From the NCBI GenBank assembly GCA_039794085.1, contig JBDIWC010000002.1, positions 1-64,000 on the forward strand: a stretch of 64,000 nt of DNA, written 5' to 3'. Positions 29,059-41,185 of the stretch are shown here, in pieces. Position 1 is the first letter of the stretch, and the number at the start of each line of letters is the position of its first letter. The notes beneath the pieces were generated by a model. It saw only the letters and a program-made list of their open reading frames with translations, did not search any database and had not been told where the DNA came from. A program made the translations under genes and the position numbers. The DNA is from Gemmatimonadales bacterium. Its GTDB lineage: Bacteria > Gemmatimonadota > Gemmatimonadetes > Gemmatimonadales > GWC2-71-9.

Positions 29059-29768
29059 TCCGCGTTGCCGTGGTCGTCTATCCCGGGACCAACTGTGAAC
29101 ACGAGACCGTGCGCGCCGTGGAGCTGGCCGGCGGATCCGCTTCTTTGGTCTGGCACCGCGCCACGTCCCTGGGTGGGGCCGACGCCGTGATCCTTCCCGG
29201 GGGGTTCAGCTACGGAGACTACCTCCGCTCCGGCGCCATTGCGCGCTTCAGTCCGATCACCGAGGCGATTCGCCGTCACGCGGCCGACGGGGGGCCGGTG
29301 GTCGGCATCTGTAACGGGTTCCAGATCCTCTGCGAGGCGGGACTCCTCCCCGGCGCCCTGACCCGCAACGCCGGGCTGCGCTTCACGTCGCGACCCGCGG
29401 ACGTGATCGTCCACCGCACCGATACGGTGGTGACCCGCGACTATGCCCCGGGCGCCCGGCTCCGCCTGCCGGTTGCCAACGGTGAGGGACGTTTCGTGGC
29501 CGATTCGAAGACCCTCGCCCGGTTGCGGGACAACGCCCAGATCGTGTTCACCTATGCCGCGGACCCCGCGGACCGCCTCATTCCCGGGAACCCCTCGGGC
29601 GCCCGGGAGGACATCGCCGGCATCTGCAACCCGGGAGGCACCGTGGTGGGATGCATGCCTCACCCGGAACGGGTCGCGGATCCTCTCGTCTCATCAGGCG
29701 ACGGGGCCGCCTTCTTCACTTCGCTCGTCACCTCCCTCGTGGGCGTTGCGCCCGCGCGACTCCCCTGA
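29055..29768 (+). CDS. purQ: FGAM synthase glutaminase PurQ
   Basis: PGGFSYGDYLR, GICNGFQ, MPHPER. Confidence 0.95.
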   Translation: MIRVAVVVYPGTNCEHETVRAVELAGGSASLVWHRATSLGGADAVILPGGFSYGDYLRSGAIARFSPITEAIRRHAADGGPVVGICNGFQILCEAGLLPGALTRNAGLRFTSRPADVIVHRTDTVVTRDYAPGARLRLPVANGEGRFVADSKTLARLRDNAQIVFTYAADPADRLIPGNPSGAREDIAGICNPGGTVVGCMPHPERVADPLVSSGDGAAFFTSLVTSLVGVAPARLP

Positions 29769-29789
29769 CCCCCTGAGACGAACCGACCG

Positions 29790-30110
29790 ATGACCATCGA
29801 CAAACCGAGCCGGAACGAAGACGAGTACTTCGCCAGGCAGAACGCCGAACTGCTGGAAGCCACGCGCGCCCGGGCCGCCGAGGAGGCGGCCGCGGCGGAA
29901 CGCCAGTCTCACTTCATGAAGTGCCCCAAGTCCGGCCACGACCTCATCACGACCACCATCGAGAACACCCAGATCGACACCTGCCCCGTCTGCGGGGGAA
30001 TCTGGCTGGACGCGGGGGAACTGGATCAATTGACCCGCCGCGAGGACCCGGGAGTCTTTCGGAAGATCCTGGGCGACGTGGCGGCCGCGCTCCGCATGAG
30101 ACCGTCGTGA
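29790..30110 (+). CDS. zf-TFIIB-type zinc-ribbon protein
   Basis: EDEYF N-terminus; CPKS..., [14 protein letters not shown]. Confidence 0.8.
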   Translation: MTIDKPSRNEDEYFARQNAELLEATRARAAEEAAAAERQSHFMKCPKSGHDLITTTIENTQIDTCPVCGGIWLDAGELDQLTRREDPGVFRKILGDVAAALRMRPS

Positions 30111-32407
30111 CCCAATCCGGGACCGTCGCCTCCGTCCTGCCGCGCCCCGGCGACCCGCCGATCACCCCCGCTCTGGTCCGGGAGCATAATCTGACCCCGG
30201 GGGAGTATCGTCGCATCCGGGCGGTTCTGGACCGGGCTCCGACCCTGACGGAGCTCGGTGTCTTTTCCGCCCTCTGGTCGGAGCACTGTTCCTACAAGCA
30301 TTCCCGTCCCATCCTGCGCACCTTTCCCGTCACCGGGCCTCACGTCATCCAGGGGCCCGGCGAGAACGCCGGCGTTCTCCGACTCCCCGAGGGCTGGGCC
30401 GTCGCATTCAAGATCGAGTCGCACAACCATCCGTCCGCGGTGGAACCCTATCAGGGGGCAGCCACAGGTGTGGGGGGGATTCTCCGCGACGTGTTCACCA
30501 TGGGTGCCCGCCCCGTGGCGCTTCTCAACTCCCTCCGGCTCGGTCCCCTCGACGTGCCCCGCAACCGGTACCTGTTTGCGGGAATCGTCCGCGGCATCGG
30601 AGATTACGGCAACTGCATGGGCGTCCCGACCCTGGGCGGTGAGGTGGTGTTCGGAGACGGGTACACCGGCAACCCGCTCGTCAACGCGATGTGTGTCGGT
30701 CTCCTGCGGGAGGAGGACCTGATCCGCGCCAGGGCCGAGGGCGTGGGCAATCTCCTTCTCGTGGTCGGAGCCGCCACGGGACGGGACGGGATCCATGGAG
30801 CGAGCTTCGCCTCCGAAGAGCTGACCGAGGCGAGCGAGGCCCGGCGCCCCCAGGTCCAGGTGGGTGATCCCTTCACCGAAAAACTCCTGCTGGAGGCGAG
30901 CCTCGCCTTGATCCAGTCGGGGGAGATCGTCGCCATTCAGGACATGGGCGCCGCCGGTCTCACCAGTTCCTCGGCGGAAATGGCGGCCCGCGGCGGAGTC
31001 GGGGTCGAACTCGACACCAGCCGGGTCCCGCTGCGCGAACCGGGCATGAGCCCCTATGAGATTCTCCTCTCGGAATCCCAGGAACGGATGCTCGTCGTGG
31101 CCGAACCGGACCGGCTTGCGGCCATCGAGACGATCTGCCGTCGCTGGGAGTTGACGGCAACACCCATCGGCCGCGTGACGGATGACGGTCTCTTCCGGGT
31201 GGTGCATGAGGGGAGGACCGTGGCGGCGATCCCCGGCGTTTCGCTCGTGGAGGACTGCCCGGTGTACCACCCGGAAGCGCGGGAAAGCCGAGCCGCCGTG
31301 ACCCGGCGCAGGACACGCCCCCCCGCGAACCGCCCGATGCCGGGAGTCGAAGAGACTCTCGAACGGCTTCTCGATTCCCCGAGCCTGGCCAGCAAGAGAT
31401 GGGTCTGGGAACAATACGACAGCACCGTGCAGGCCAACACCGCGTTCGGACCGGGCGGGGACGCCGGGGTAATCCGGGTGCCGGGAACCACGTTCGGTCT
31501 CGCGGTGTCGGTCGACTGCAACAACCGCCAGGTAGCCCTGGACCCCTACGAAGGGGGAAAGGCCGCCGTGGCGGAGGCCGCACGCAATGTGGCCTGCACC
31601 GGTGCCGTCCCGTTGGGAATCACCGATTGCCTCAATTTTGGCAGCCCCGAGAAGCCGGACGTGTTCTTCCAGTTTCGCGAGGCGTGCCGGGGCATCGGGG
31701 ACGCCTGCCGGGCGTTCGACATCCCGGTGACGGGGGGCAACGTGAGTTTCTACAACGAGAGTCCCACCGGAGCCATCGATCCCACCCCTGTGATCGGCAT
31801 GGTGGGACTCCTTCCCGACATCACCCGGCGCACCCCGAGCGGATTTGAGTCACCCGGGCACCTCGTCGCCATTCTCGGAATCACCACCGGCCATCTCGGC
31901 GGTTCCTCCTTCTGGGCCGAGGTTCTCGACGTTGTGGGCGGAGCTCCTCCTCCGGTTCATCTCGGGCGGGAGCGTGCTCTCCAGCGACTCCTGGCCGATG
32001 CCACCTCCTCGGGAATCCTCGCCTCGGCCCATGACTGCTCCGACGGCGGCCTGGGCGTTGCCCTCGCGGAAGCTTGTCTCGGGGGTCCCTCCCGGTCCAC
32101 GCCCCCCGGTGCATCACTCGATCTGACCACCTATGCCCCCTCCCTCTCTCCCCACGCCCTCCTCTTCGGAGAGGACCACGCGCGGGTGGTCGTAAGCTTC
32201 CCGAGAAGCCGACGCAACGACCTGGCGGGACTCGCTCGGCTCCACGGAGTTCCCCTGTTCGGCGCGGGCCGGGTGACCGCCCCGGGCACTCCCCTGCGTG
32301 TCACGGTGGGGAAGGTCACGTGGACGTGGGAAACCGATCGTTTGCGACACCTCCATGAGCAGGCGATCCCCCGCCGGATGAATCACACTCCCCGCGGAGA
32401 GGGCTGA
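30107..32407 (+). CDS. purL: FGAM synthase subunit PurL
   Basis: [30 protein letters not shown]. Confidence 0.96.
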   Translation: MTQSGTVASVLPRPGDPPITPALVREHNLTPGEYRRIRAVLDRAPTLTELGVFSALWSEHCSYKHSRPILRTFPVTGPHVIQGPGENAGVLRLPEGWAVAFKIESHNHPSAVEPYQGAATGVGGILRDVFTMGARPVALLNSLRLGPLDVPRNRYLFAGIVRGIGDYGNCMGVPTLGGEVVFGDGYTGNPLVNAMCVGLLREEDLIRARAEGVGNLLLVVGAATGRDGIHGASFASEELTEASEARRPQVQVGDPFTEKLLLEASLALIQSGEIVAIQDMGAAGLTSSSAEMAARGGVGVELDTSRVPLREPGMSPYEILLSESQERMLVVAEPDRLAAIETICRRWELTATPIGRVTDDGLFRVVHEGRTVAAIPGVSLVEDCPVYHPEARESRAAVTRRRTRPPANRPMPGVEETLERLLDSPSLASKRWVWEQYDSTVQANTAFGPGGDAGVIRVPGTTFGLAVSVDCNNRQVALDPYEGGKAAVAEAARNVACTGAVPLGITDCLNFGSPEKPDVFFQFREACRGIGDACRAFDIPVTGGNVSFYNESPTGAIDPTPVIGMVGLLPDITRRTPSGFESPGHLVAILGITTGHLGGSSFWAEVLDVVGGAPPPVHLGRERALQRLLADATSSGILASAHDCSDGGLGVALAEACLGGPSRSTPPGASLDLTTYAPSLSPHALLFGEDHARVVVSFPRSRRNDLAGLARLHGVPLFGAGRVTAPGTPLRVTVGKVTWTWETDRLRHLHEQAIPRRMNHTPRGEG

Positions 32408-32410
32408 GCG

Positions 32411-33805
32411 ATGTGCGGCATCATCGGGGTCACCGGCCTGCGGGATGCGGCGCGGCTCTGTCACATGGGTCTCTACGCCTTGCAGCACCGGGGCCAGGAG
32501 AGCGCCGGCATCGTCTCCATCGATCCGGACGGCCAGCCGCACCTGCACCGGGGGATGGGACTCGTGTCCGAGGCGATTCCGGAGGAGCCCCTCTCCCGTC
32601 TGGTCGGTCCGCTCGCGGTGGGCCATACCCGGTATGCCACCACGGGGAGCAGCGTGCTCGCCAATGCCCAGCCCCATGTGGTCAACTACAGGAATGGACC
32701 CCTCGTCCTGGCCCACAACGGCAACCTGACCAATGCCGGCCCGATCCGCGCCGAGCTGGTGGACAAGGGATCGATCTTCAGCAGTTCGTCGGACAGCGAA
32801 GTCATCATTCACTTGATTGCCCGAAGCGAAGCCCCCGACCCTGAACTCCAGATCCGGGTGGCCCTCGAGCGCGTGGAAGGGGCATTCAGCCTGGTCATGG
32901 CGGTGGGCCACACCCTCTATGCCGTCGTCGACCCCCGGGGCTTCCGCCCCCTCTTCCTCGGCGCCCTCGACACCGGTCACGTCGTGGCCAGTGAGACCTG
33001 CGCCTTCGACCTGCTCGGCGCGACGGTGATCCGGGAACTGCAGCCGGGCGAGTTCATGCGGGTCCATGAGGGGCGCATCGAGACCCTCACCCCCCTCCGG
33101 CCCAGGCCGGTGAGCCGGTGCATCTTCGAGCTGGTCTATTTTGCCCGCCCCGACAGCATCGTGTTCGGCCAGTCAGTCGACGGAGTGCGCCGGGAACTGG
33201 GCCGGCAACTCGCCCGGGAACAGCCGGTACACAACGGCGAAGTCGTCTTCAGTGTCCCCGACAGCAGCAACGCCATGGCGCTGGGTTATTCGGAAACCAG
33301 CGGGATCAAGCTGGAACATGCCCTGATCCGTAACCACTACGTCGGGCGGACCTTCATCAACCCGACCCAGTCGGCTCGGGTGGCCAAGGTCCGGATCAAG
33401 TTCAATCCCGTCCGGGAGGTCATCGAGGGCCGCTCCGTGGTGGTCGTGGACGACAGTCTTGTCCGGGGCACCACCAGCAAGGGTCTGGTGCAGATGATTC
33501 GTGCCGCCGGGGCCCGCGAGGTGCACCTCCGGATCGCCTCGCCCCCGATCACCGGACCCTGCCACTACGGCATCGACACACCGCGTCGCGAGGAGCTGAT
33601 CGGCGCCACGCACACCGTGGAGGAGATCAGGACCTTTCTCGGGGTCGACTCCCTGGGCTACCTTTCTCTGGAGGGCATGCACAAGGCCGTGGCCGGAACC
33701 ACCCGCTACTGCAATGCCTGTTTTTCCGGAGCCTATCCCGTGCTGCCCACCAATGACCTGGCACGCACGCGTCACTTGTACCCCGTTCCCGGGAGGTCGG
33801 GATGA
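32411..33805 (+). CDS. purF: Amidophosphoribosyltransferase
   Basis: MCGI N-terminal Cys, QHRGQE, VDDSLVRGTT. Confidence 0.96.
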   Translation: MCGIIGVTGLRDAARLCHMGLYALQHRGQESAGIVSIDPDGQPHLHRGMGLVSEAIPEEPLSRLVGPLAVGHTRYATTGSSVLANAQPHVVNYRNGPLVLAHNGNLTNAGPIRAELVDKGSIFSSSSDSEVIIHLIARSEAPDPELQIRVALERVEGAFSLVMAVGHTLYAVVDPRGFRPLFLGALDTGHVVASETCAFDLLGATVIRELQPGEFMRVHEGRIETLTPLRPRPVSRCIFELVYFARPDSIVFGQSVDGVRRELGRQLAREQPVHNGEVVFSVPDSSNAMALGYSETSGIKLEHALIRNHYVGRTFINPTQSARVAKVRIKFNPVREVIEGRSVVVVDDSLVRGTTSKGLVQMIRAAGAREVHLRIASPPITGPCHYGIDTPRREELIGATHTVEEIRTFLGVDSLGYLSLEGMHKAVAGTTRYCNACFSGAYPVLPTNDLARTRHLYPVPGRSG

Positions 33806-36468
33806 GCGAACCTTGGACCACGCCCCTCGTCTATTTCTTCGGTCAGGGCCGCGCCGACGGTACCTCCGCGATGAAGGATATTCTCGGGGGCAAGGGAGCG
33901 GGACTCGCCGAAATGACCAATCTCGGGATTCCGGTTCCTCCCGGGTTCACCCTCGCGTCCTCCCTCTGCACCACCTATCTCGAGGACCGGCACTTTCCCC
34001 CCCGGCTGCGCGCCCAGGTCGAGTCGAATCTCGGCCGCCTCGAGGCCGCCACCAACCGCCAGTTCGGGGGCACCGACGCCCCCCTTCTGCTGGCCGTCCG
34101 ATCCGGGGCTGCGGTGTCGATGCCCGGCATGATGGAGACCATTCTCAACCTCGGCCTGAACGAGCAGACGGTCGAGGCCCTGGCGCGGGAGAGTGGCGAC
34201 GAACGGTTCGCCCTCGATTCATGGCGGCGCTTCCTGCAGATGTATTCCACCGTCGTGTTCGACGTGCCGAAGCCCCTGTTCGAGAAGGAGATCACGGCCG
34301 TCAAGACCTCCCTCGGTGTCGAGCGGGATGTCGATATCCCGACCGACGGACTCGCTCGTCTGGTCGAGACCTTTCGCGACATCACCGAGAAGCATACGGG
34401 GACACCCTTCCCGTCCGATCCCCTCGATCAGCTCTGGGGGGCCATCCAGGCCGTCTTCGAGTCGTGGAACACCCGGCGGGCCATCGACTACCGGCGCCTC
34501 CACGGCATCCCCTCGAGCATGGGCACCGCCGTGAACATCATGGCGATGGTCTTCGGCAACATGGGCGATACCAGCGGCACCGGGGTCGTCTTCACCCGCA
34601 GTCCCTCCACCGGGGAACCCCGTCTCTATGGCGAGTTCCTGATGAATGCCCAGGGGGAGGACGTCGTCTCCGGCGTCCGGACCCCGGCACCGATCGACCA
34701 ACTGGCTCAGCATCTGCCCGAGGCCCACGCCGAACTTCAGCGCGTGGCCCGAACCCTGGAGCGCCACTTCCGCGACATCCAGGATCTCGAATTCACCATC
34801 GAGCGCGGCCGCCTCTACCTCCTGCAGACTCGCCGCGCCCAGCGCTCCGGCCCCGCCGCCGTCCGCGCCGCCGTGGACATGGTGGACGAGGATCTGATCA
34901 GCCGGGAGGAGGCGATCGCCCGGATCCCCCCGGGCGACCTCGACCAGCTTCTCCACCCCACCATCGATGCCACCGCCCGCCTCGATCTCTTGACCACCGG
35001 CCTTCCCGCCTCTCCGGGCGCCGCCTCGGGACGTATCGTTTTCACCGCCGACGTCGCCCAGGAGCGGGGACGGCAAGGCGAACCGGTCATCCTGGTTCGA
35101 GAGGAAACCAGTCCCGAGGATTTCCACGGCATGGTGGAGGCCCGCGCCATCCTCACCGCCCGGGGCGGGATGACGTCCCACGCCGCCGTGGTGGCCCGGG
35201 GAATGGGGAAACCCTGCGTGGCGGGGGCGACGGCCCTCACGGTGGATGCCACCGCGGGAACCCTCTCCGTCGACGGGCGCTCGGTGCCCGAGGGCGAGTG
35301 GATCACCCTGGATGGCAGCACCGGACGGGTCTATGCGGGGCAAGCCGCGCTGGTGGACCCCCGCCCGGGGGAACATTATGAGCGGGTGATGGCGTGGGCC
35401 GATGAGCTCCGGCATCTCCGGGTCCGGGTGAATGCCGACACCCCGGCCGACGCCCACCGCGGCCGCGATTTTGGCGCCGAGGGGATCGGACTCTGTCGGA
35501 CCGAGCACATGTTCTTCGAGGGGGAACGGATCAACGCCATGCGGGAGATGATTCTGGCCCAGGACCTCGCCGGGCGGGAACGGGCGCTGGCCAAGCTCCT
35601 CCCGATGCAGCGCAACGACTTCGAGGGGATCTTCCGAGCCATGGAGGGACATCCCGTCACGATCCGTCTCCTCGATCCCCCCCTGCATGAGTTCCTGCCG
35701 CACGAGCCGGAAGAGATCGCGGTCCTGGCCGAGCAGATGGGACTGACCCCCGCGGACATCCACCGCAGCGTGGACCGCCTCCGGGAAGTGAACCCGATGC
35801 TGGGGCTGCGCGGATGCCGGCTCGGCATCATCCATCCCGAGATCACGGCGATGCAGGTGCGTGCCATCTTCGAGGCGGCATGCACCATCGCCTCGCGCAA
35901 GGGGCGGGTGCAACCCGAGGTCATGATTCCTCTCGTGGCTCATGTACACGAGTTCCGGCGTCAGGCCCTGATCGTTCGCCAGGTGGCCGAGGAAGTGTTC
36001 CGGGAAAGACAGATCACGGTTCCGTACCTGCTCGGCACGATGATCGAACTGCCGCGCGCCGCTCTCACCGCCGATGAAATCGCCCGGGAGGCCCAGTTCT
36101 TCTCCTTCGGGACCAATGACCTGACCCAGACCACCTGGGGATTGTCACGAGACGACGCCGGGGTCTTCCTCCCGCTCTACGTCCACGAGGGTGTGGTCGA
36201 ACAGGACCCCTTCGTGGTCCTCGACGAACACGGGGTCGGCAAGCTCATCACCATGGCCGCCGAACTGGGACGCACCACACGCGCGGACCTGAAGCTCGGG
36301 ATCTGCGGGGAGCATGGCGGGGATCCCGCGGCCATCGCCTTCTGCGAAAACCTCCGGATGAACTACGTGTCCTGCAGCCCTTTCCGGGTTCCGATCGCGC
36401 GCCTCGCCGCGGCCCAGGCGGCCCTGACCTCCCGAGGAACCATCAACCGGACGCAAGCCACCGTATGA
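33802..36468 (+). CDS. ppdK: Pyruvate, phosphate dikinase
   Basis: [29 protein letters not shown]. Confidence 0.96.
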   Translation: MSEPWTTPLVYFFGQGRADGTSAMKDILGGKGAGLAEMTNLGIPVPPGFTLASSLCTTYLEDRHFPPRLRAQVESNLGRLEAATNRQFGGTDAPLLLAVRSGAAVSMPGMMETILNLGLNEQTVEALARESGDERFALDSWRRFLQMYSTVVFDVPKPLFEKEITAVKTSLGVERDVDIPTDGLARLVETFRDITEKHTGTPFPSDPLDQLWGAIQAVFESWNTRRAIDYRRLHGIPSSMGTAVNIMAMVFGNMGDTSGTGVVFTRSPSTGEPRLYGEFLMNAQGEDVVSGVRTPAPIDQLAQHLPEAHAELQRVARTLERHFRDIQDLEFTIERGRLYLLQTRRAQRSGPAAVRAAVDMVDEDLISREEAIARIPPGDLDQLLHPTIDATARLDLLTTGLPASPGAASGRIVFTADVAQERGRQGEPVILVREETSPEDFHGMVEARAILTARGGMTSHAAVVARGMGKPCVAGATALTVDATAGTLSVDGRSVPEGEWITLDGSTGRVYAGQAALVDPRPGEHYERVMAWADELRHLRVRVNADTPADAHRGRDFGAEGIGLCRTEHMFFEGERINAMREMILAQDLAGRERALAKLLPMQRNDFEGIFRAMEGHPVTIRLLDPPLHEFLPHEPEEIAVLAEQMGLTPADIHRSVDRLREVNPMLGLRGCRLGIIHPEITAMQVRAIFEAACTIASRKGRVQPEVMIPLVAHVHEFRRQALIVRQVAEEVFRERQITVPYLLGTMIELPRAALTADEIAREAQFFSFGTNDLTQTTWGLSRDDAGVFLPLYVHEGVVEQDPFVVLDEHGVGKLITMAAELGRTTRADLKLGICGEHGGDPAAIAFCENLRMNYVSCSPFRVPIARLAAAQAALTSRGTINRTQATV

Positions 36469-36968
36469 GCACTCCTCCCGCCCCGCGCGTGGGGATCGTC
36501 ATGGGCTCCTCCTCGGACTGGTCCGTCATGGAGCACGCGGCCCGGAGGCTCGACCAGTTCCACGTGCCCTGCGAAACCCGGATCGTGTCGGCCCACCGAA
36601 CCCCCGACCTGCTCTGGACATATGCGGAGCAGGCGGCGGAACGGGGTCTCGCCTGCATCATCGCCGGCGCGGGAGGAGCCGCCCATCTGCCGGGAATGCT
36701 CGCCGCCACGTGCACCGTTCCTGTCCTCGGGGTCCCCGTCCCCAGCCGTCATCTGCAGGGGATGGACTCGCTCCTCTCAATTGTCCAGATGCCGGCCGGA
36801 ATCCCGGTGGCCACCTTCGCCATCGGCGAGGCCGGCGCACACAACGCCGCGCTCTTTGCCATCGCATTGCTGGGTGTGACGGATCCCGGGATCCGGGCCG
36901 AGCTCGACCTCTTCCGGGCGTCCCAGCGCGACATGGTCCTCCACCAGACGCTTCCTCCCCACCCATGA
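36465..36968 (+). CDS. purE: N5-CAIR mutase
   Basis: [23 protein letters not shown]. Confidence 0.96.
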   Translation: MSTPPAPRVGIVMGSSSDWSVMEHAARRLDQFHVPCETRIVSAHRTPDLLWTYAEQAAERGLACIIAGAGGAAHLPGMLAATCTVPVLGVPVPSRHLQGMDSLLSIVQMPAGIPVATFAIGEAGAHNAALFAIALLGVTDPGIRAELDLFRASQRDMVLHQTLPPHP

Positions 36969-38116
36969 TCCTCCCCGGCGCCACCCTGGGACTCCTGGGC
37001 GGAGGCCAACTGGGCCGCATGTTCACGGCCCAGGCGCGCCGGATGGGGTACGAGGTGGTGGTGCTCGATCCGGATCCCGGAAGCCCGGCGGGAGCTCTGG
37101 CCACGAGGCATCTCGCCGCATCCTACACCGACGCCGCCGCACTGGAGGAGATGGCGCGGACCACCAGCGTTGTCACCACCGAGTTCGAGAACGTGTCCGC
37201 CGACGCGCTCCACCTGCTTGCCACCCGGGTACGCGTCGCTCCGGGAGCCACCGCCGTGCATACGACCCAGGACCGGGTCCGGGAAAAGCAGTTCCTGCAT
37301 GACCAGGGAATCGCCACCGCGCCCTTTGCCGTGGTCCGTACCCCGGACGACCTGGCCGGTGCCTGGACCCAGGTTGGCGCGCCGGCCCTCTTCAAGACCA
37401 GCCAGCTCGGCTACGACGGCAAGGGCCAACTCCCGGTTTGCACCCTGCGCGACTTGGAGGACGCCTTCACCCACCTCGGCGGCGTGCCCGGGGTGCTCGA
37501 GCACCGGCTTCCCCTGGAGACCGAACTCTCCGTCGTTCTCGCCCGGGGTGACGACGGGCGGGTGGCCGCCTTTCCCGCCGGTGACAACATCCACCACCAG
37601 GGGATTCTCGACACCACCACGCTCCCTTCGGCGCTTCCCGCCTCGATCACGGAGCAGGCAACCCGCTGCGCCAGCCTCATCGCCGAGCGTCTGGAGTACG
37701 TCGGGGTGCTCGGCGTGGAGTTCTTCGTGGCACGAGGAGGGCTCCTCTACGCCAATGAGATCGCGCCTCGGCCGCACAACAGCGGTCACTTCACCCAGGA
37801 CGCCTGTACTCTCTGCCAGTTTGAACAGCAAGTCCGGGCGATCTGCGGCCTTCCCCTGGGGCACCCCGCCCTGTTGTCTCCCGTGTGCATGATCAACCTG
37901 CTCGGCGATCTCTGGGAGCACGGACCCCCGCGCTGGGACCGGGTCCTCGATCTTCCTGGAGTCACCCTGCACCTGTACGGCAAGGCGACACCCCGGCCGG
38001 GGCGGAAAATGGGTCACCTGAATTGTCTGGCCCCCACGGCGGCGGAGGCGTTCGCCCTCGCACACCGGGCCCGGGATCTTCTCGTCTCCGGGGCCCCCGC
38101 CACACAGGGAACCTGA
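36965..38116 (+). CDS. purK: N5-CAIR synthetase
   Basis: [32 protein letters not shown]. Confidence 0.95.
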   Translation: MILPGATLGLLGGGQLGRMFTAQARRMGYEVVVLDPDPGSPAGALATRHLAASYTDAAALEEMARTTSVVTTEFENVSADALHLLATRVRVAPGATAVHTTQDRVREKQFLHDQGIATAPFAVVRTPDDLAGAWTQVGAPALFKTSQLGYDGKGQLPVCTLRDLEDAFTHLGGVPGVLEHRLPLETELSVVLARGDDGRVAAFPAGDNIHHQGILDTTTLPSALPASITEQATRCASLIAERLEYVGVLGVEFFVARGGLLYANEIAPRPHNSGHFTQDACTLCQFEQQVRAICGLPLGHPALLSPVCMINLLGDLWEHGPPRWDRVLDLPGVTLHLYGKATPRPGRKMGHLNCLAPTAAEAFALAHRARDLLVSGAPATQGT

Positions 38117-38186
38117 CCGCCCGGATCCCGAACAAGTTCAGCTCACGAACCGCTGGTGATCCGGCTCTTCAGGCGTCGGAGGGTCG

Positions 38187-38286
38187 ACCACAAAAAGCAC
38201 AAAAAAACACAAAAGGTACGATCCCCTGGCTTCGTCCCCCCTCCGAGGGGCCTCCTGCCTTTTGTGTCTTCTGTGCCTCTTGTGGC
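38187..38286. repeat. 9-bp-period inverted-repeat element, copy 3
   Basis: ACCACAAAAAGCACAAAAAAACACAAAA ... TTTTGTGTCTTCTGTGCCTCTTGTGG between convergent genes. Confidence 0.82.
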
Positions 38287-38410
38287 CATTTTTCCCACCC
38301 ACCGGACAACTGGAACACCTCGCCAGGAGCGGCTCACGAACCGCCCCGGCACACGCACGACGGGCCGGGAGCACCAGCCCCCGGCCCGCCCACGACACCC
38401 GGCCCGGCTG

Positions 38411-41047
38411 CTACTTCGTCGGGTTCAGAATATCATCGATCTGCGCCCGGGCCGCTTCAAGATGCGCCCGGGTTTCCCGGTTGGAGGCCTTGGCCACGGC
38501 CGCCTGCAGTTGTCCGTCGAGGGCACGAAGCTCACTGCGGAGCAACGCCTTGACATCGCTCGTGGCCCGCGCGGGCTGGAACTGCCGGGCAAACTGAGGT
38601 GGCAGCCCCGGCGGCAGGGCCGGGGTCGCCGGCGGGTTGAGCTTGTTGCCCGCCGTGGTCAGGTAGACCCGCTGCAGTTCCCGGCGGAAGGGATCGATCG
38701 ACACCGAGCCGGCCCGCAGCTCGGACCAGACTCCGCCTCGCAGATCCGAGAGCATGTCGCCCAGGGAGTAGACGTTCGCCTTGTTGGGCTCCAGGGCCTC
38801 GAACTCGATCAACCGTTCCATCCGGCGATCGTTGAGGAGGCCATTCAGCACACCCGCCTGCGCGCCGTTGATGCGCCGAATGGCACCCTCGACCTCGATC
38901 TTTCGCAACACATCGGTGTTCAGGAAGAAGGTTGGGGTGGCGAAGGCGTTCTCGTTGAGGAAGCGAACGGCCTCCCGCTGCCGGCTCCGGCTGATGGGCA
39001 CGAAGCGGACGCCGTCCTGTCCCGCCACCTTTTCCTGGGCCAAGGTTCCACCCACCACCTGGGTGACGTGGCTCAGTTCCCGCGACCACTGTCCCACCAG
39101 ACGGCCGTAGAGCATCTCCAGGTCGTCGTAATTTTCACCGTCCGTCGTTCCCGCCTGAAGGAGAAGGGGGACAAGACGCTTGATGTTCCGGATCCCCCAG
39201 CCGGTGGCCTTCACGGGGTCGTCATCACCGACCGCCTCGTTATGGTCACCCGGGTCGGACCCGCCGGACCCCTGCACGTTGAACCGGTACCAGGGCACCG
39301 AGTCCTGCTCCCGGGCCCATTGGTCGAGGGTGGCCTTTTCCGCATCCGGCGAGGTGGCCCCGGGAATCGGCTTGTACCCCCACATCGTGGCCCACTTGTC
39401 ATAGGGGCCGATGATCGGCGAGAGGTCCTCAATGGCGATGCTGTCCTCGGGCTGGGCCACATAGTTCCAGCGCGAATAGTCCATCAGCGTCGGCGTGTGT
39501 CCCATCCGGGCCACCCAGGTCCGACTGCGAACGCTGTCGACCGGGTAGGTGGATGACGCTTTCTGATTGTGCTGGAAGCCGAGGGTGTGCCCCACCTCGT
39601 GCGCCACCACGTACTCCACCAGCCGACCCATGAGGGAATCGGGATAGGGCCACTGCAGCGCACGCGGATCGAGGTGCCCCACCTGGGTGAAGTACCAGCT
39701 CCGCAGCAGATTCATGATGTTGTGGTACATGTAGACGTCGGCTTCGAGAATCTCGCCGGTCCGCGGGTCGTGAACATGGGGTCCCTGGGCATTCTCCGTG
39801 GTGGAGGGGAGCCAGCGGATCACCGAGTACCGGGCATCCTCGGCGGACCAGTTCGGGTCCTCCGCCTTGGTCGGGGCGTCCTTGGCCACGATTCCGTTCC
39901 GGAATCCGGCGGCCTCGAAGGCGGGCTTCCACTGCTCGATCCCCGCCTTCACGTAGGGGACAAGCCAGGTGGGCGTTGCGGGATCCACGTAATAGGTGAT
40001 CGGCTTGACCGGATCGGAAATGGCGGCGGTCGGATCCTTCTTCTCGAGGCGATACCGGGTGATGAAGGTGCGCTGCTGGGCCCTCTGTTCCGGGCGACTG
40101 AAGTCCAGGTAGCCGGTCGAGAAGTATCCCACGCGACGGTCGAAGAGCCGCGGCATCATCGGGTCATCGGGGAGCTTCACCATGCTCCAGTGCATCACCA
40201 GGGACGTGGTCCGGTTGGCGGCATTGTTGCCTCCGAAGGGACCACCACCACCGCCCCCCGCGGCGCCCGGAGGAGGTCCGGCTGTGAGCACGGCCTCGAC
40301 CTCGACATTGATCGGATATCCGGCCACCCGCTCGATGAACGAACGGGTCTGGTCGGGATTCCCCCGCATGTTGTTGCCGGGCCCGATCTCGGGCGGCGGA
40401 CTGGTGAAGAGCCGGGTCACGTCCACCACCGCCGCGCTGTCGGGTCCGTAGGTCTCGACATTGAAGGCGCCCAGGATGGGCCCGTAGTTGGACGCGTCCA
40501 CCGCCTGAGCGATGGGAGACGAGGGGTCGGCCACCAAGTTGTAGTTGATGGAGCGCACGATCATCCGGTTCCCGCGCCGCTCCCACCGGAGCACACGGGG
40601 CTGTCCCACCTGCTGTCCCCCGTAGGGACCGCCGCCGCTGGCGCCTTCGGGCGCCTTGGCCAGCCGGGCCACCACGAGAATCTCCTTGCCCAGCAGGGCG
40701 TCGGGAATCTCGAACATCAACTTGCTGCCCACCATGTGACTCTTCCAGAGCCCATCCTGGCTCTTGGCTTCACTGGTGATGACCCGGTCATACGGACGGG
40801 GAGCGGGCTCCCCCGCTCCACCCCCAGGGCCACCGGCTCCGGGGCCACCCGGACCGCCCGGACGAACGGCGCCGCCGGGACCGCCAGGCGTGGGACGAGA
40901 GGGCTGCTCGGCCGGAGTCGGCGTGACGGCTGGTGTGGGTTGACCCGGGACCGGAGCCGGTGGAAGCGGTGGCGGAGGCTTGTAGCAGCCGCCCGCGACG
41001 AACGTGGCGCCAAGCAGGAGCAGGCGCAGGGAATCAATCTTCGGCAA
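38411..41047 (-). CDS. Zinc-dependent metalloprotease lipoprotein (DUF5117/DUF4953-like)
   Basis: GGAGG + TTG start, AGGC lipobox, Pro/Gly linker, HEVGHTLGFQHN, MDY Met-turn. Confidence 0.88.
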   Translation of the reverse strand: MPKIDSLRLLLLGATFVAGGCYKPPPPLPPAPVPGQPTPAVTPTPAEQPSRPTPGGPGGAVRPGGPGGPGAGGPGGGAGEPAPRPYDRVITSEAKSQDGLWKSHMVGSKLMFEIPDALLGKEILVVARLAKAPEGASGGGPYGGQQVGQPRVLRWERRGNRMIVRSINYNLVADPSSPIAQAVDASNYGPILGAFNVETYGPDSAAVVDVTRLFTSPPPEIGPGNNMRGNPDQTRSFIERVAGYPINVEVEAVLTAGPPPGAAGGGGGGPFGGNNAANRTTSLVMHWSMVKLPDDPMMPRLFDRRVGYFSTGYLDFSRPEQRAQQRTFITRYRLEKKDPTAAISDPVKPITYYVDPATPTWLVPYVKAGIEQWKPAFEAAGFRNGIVAKDAPTKAEDPNWSAEDARYSVIRWLPSTTENAQGPHVHDPRTGEILEADVYMYHNIMNLLRSWYFTQVGHLDPRALQWPYPDSLMGRLVEYVVAHEVGHTLGFQHNQKASSTYPVDSVRSRTWVARMGHTPTLMDYSRWNYVAQPEDSIAIEDLSPIIGPYDKWATMWGYKPIPGATSPDAEKATLDQWAREQDSVPWYRFNVQGSGGSDPGDHNEAVGDDDPVKATGWGIRNIKRLVPLLLQAGTTDGENYDDLEMLYGRLVGQWSRELSHVTQVVGGTLAQEKVAGQDGVRFVPISRSRQREAVRFLNENAFATPTFFLNTDVLRKIEVEGAIRRINGAQAGVLNGLLNDRRMERLIEFEALEPNKANVYSLGDMLSDLRGGVWSELRAGSVSIDPFRRELQRVYLTTAGNKLNPPATPALPPGLPPQFARQFQPARATSDVKALLRSELRALDGQLQAAVAKASNRETRAHLEAARAQIDDILNPTK

Positions 41048-41185
41048 GGAATCCTCCGGAAGGGAACCGGTGCCCGGACCGGGCGAATGTGCGTTCGGAA
41101 CCAACACGCGGGAACGGTGGATACTAGCCCGGTCGGGGCGATGGGGGAAGGTCGCCGCGGGGTCCCCCACCCATCCGGACCGACG

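Noticed and set aside
40800..40980. Gly/Pro-rich low-complexity stretch as a possible repeat element
   Set aside because: In-frame flexible linker of the metalloprotease lipoprotein.
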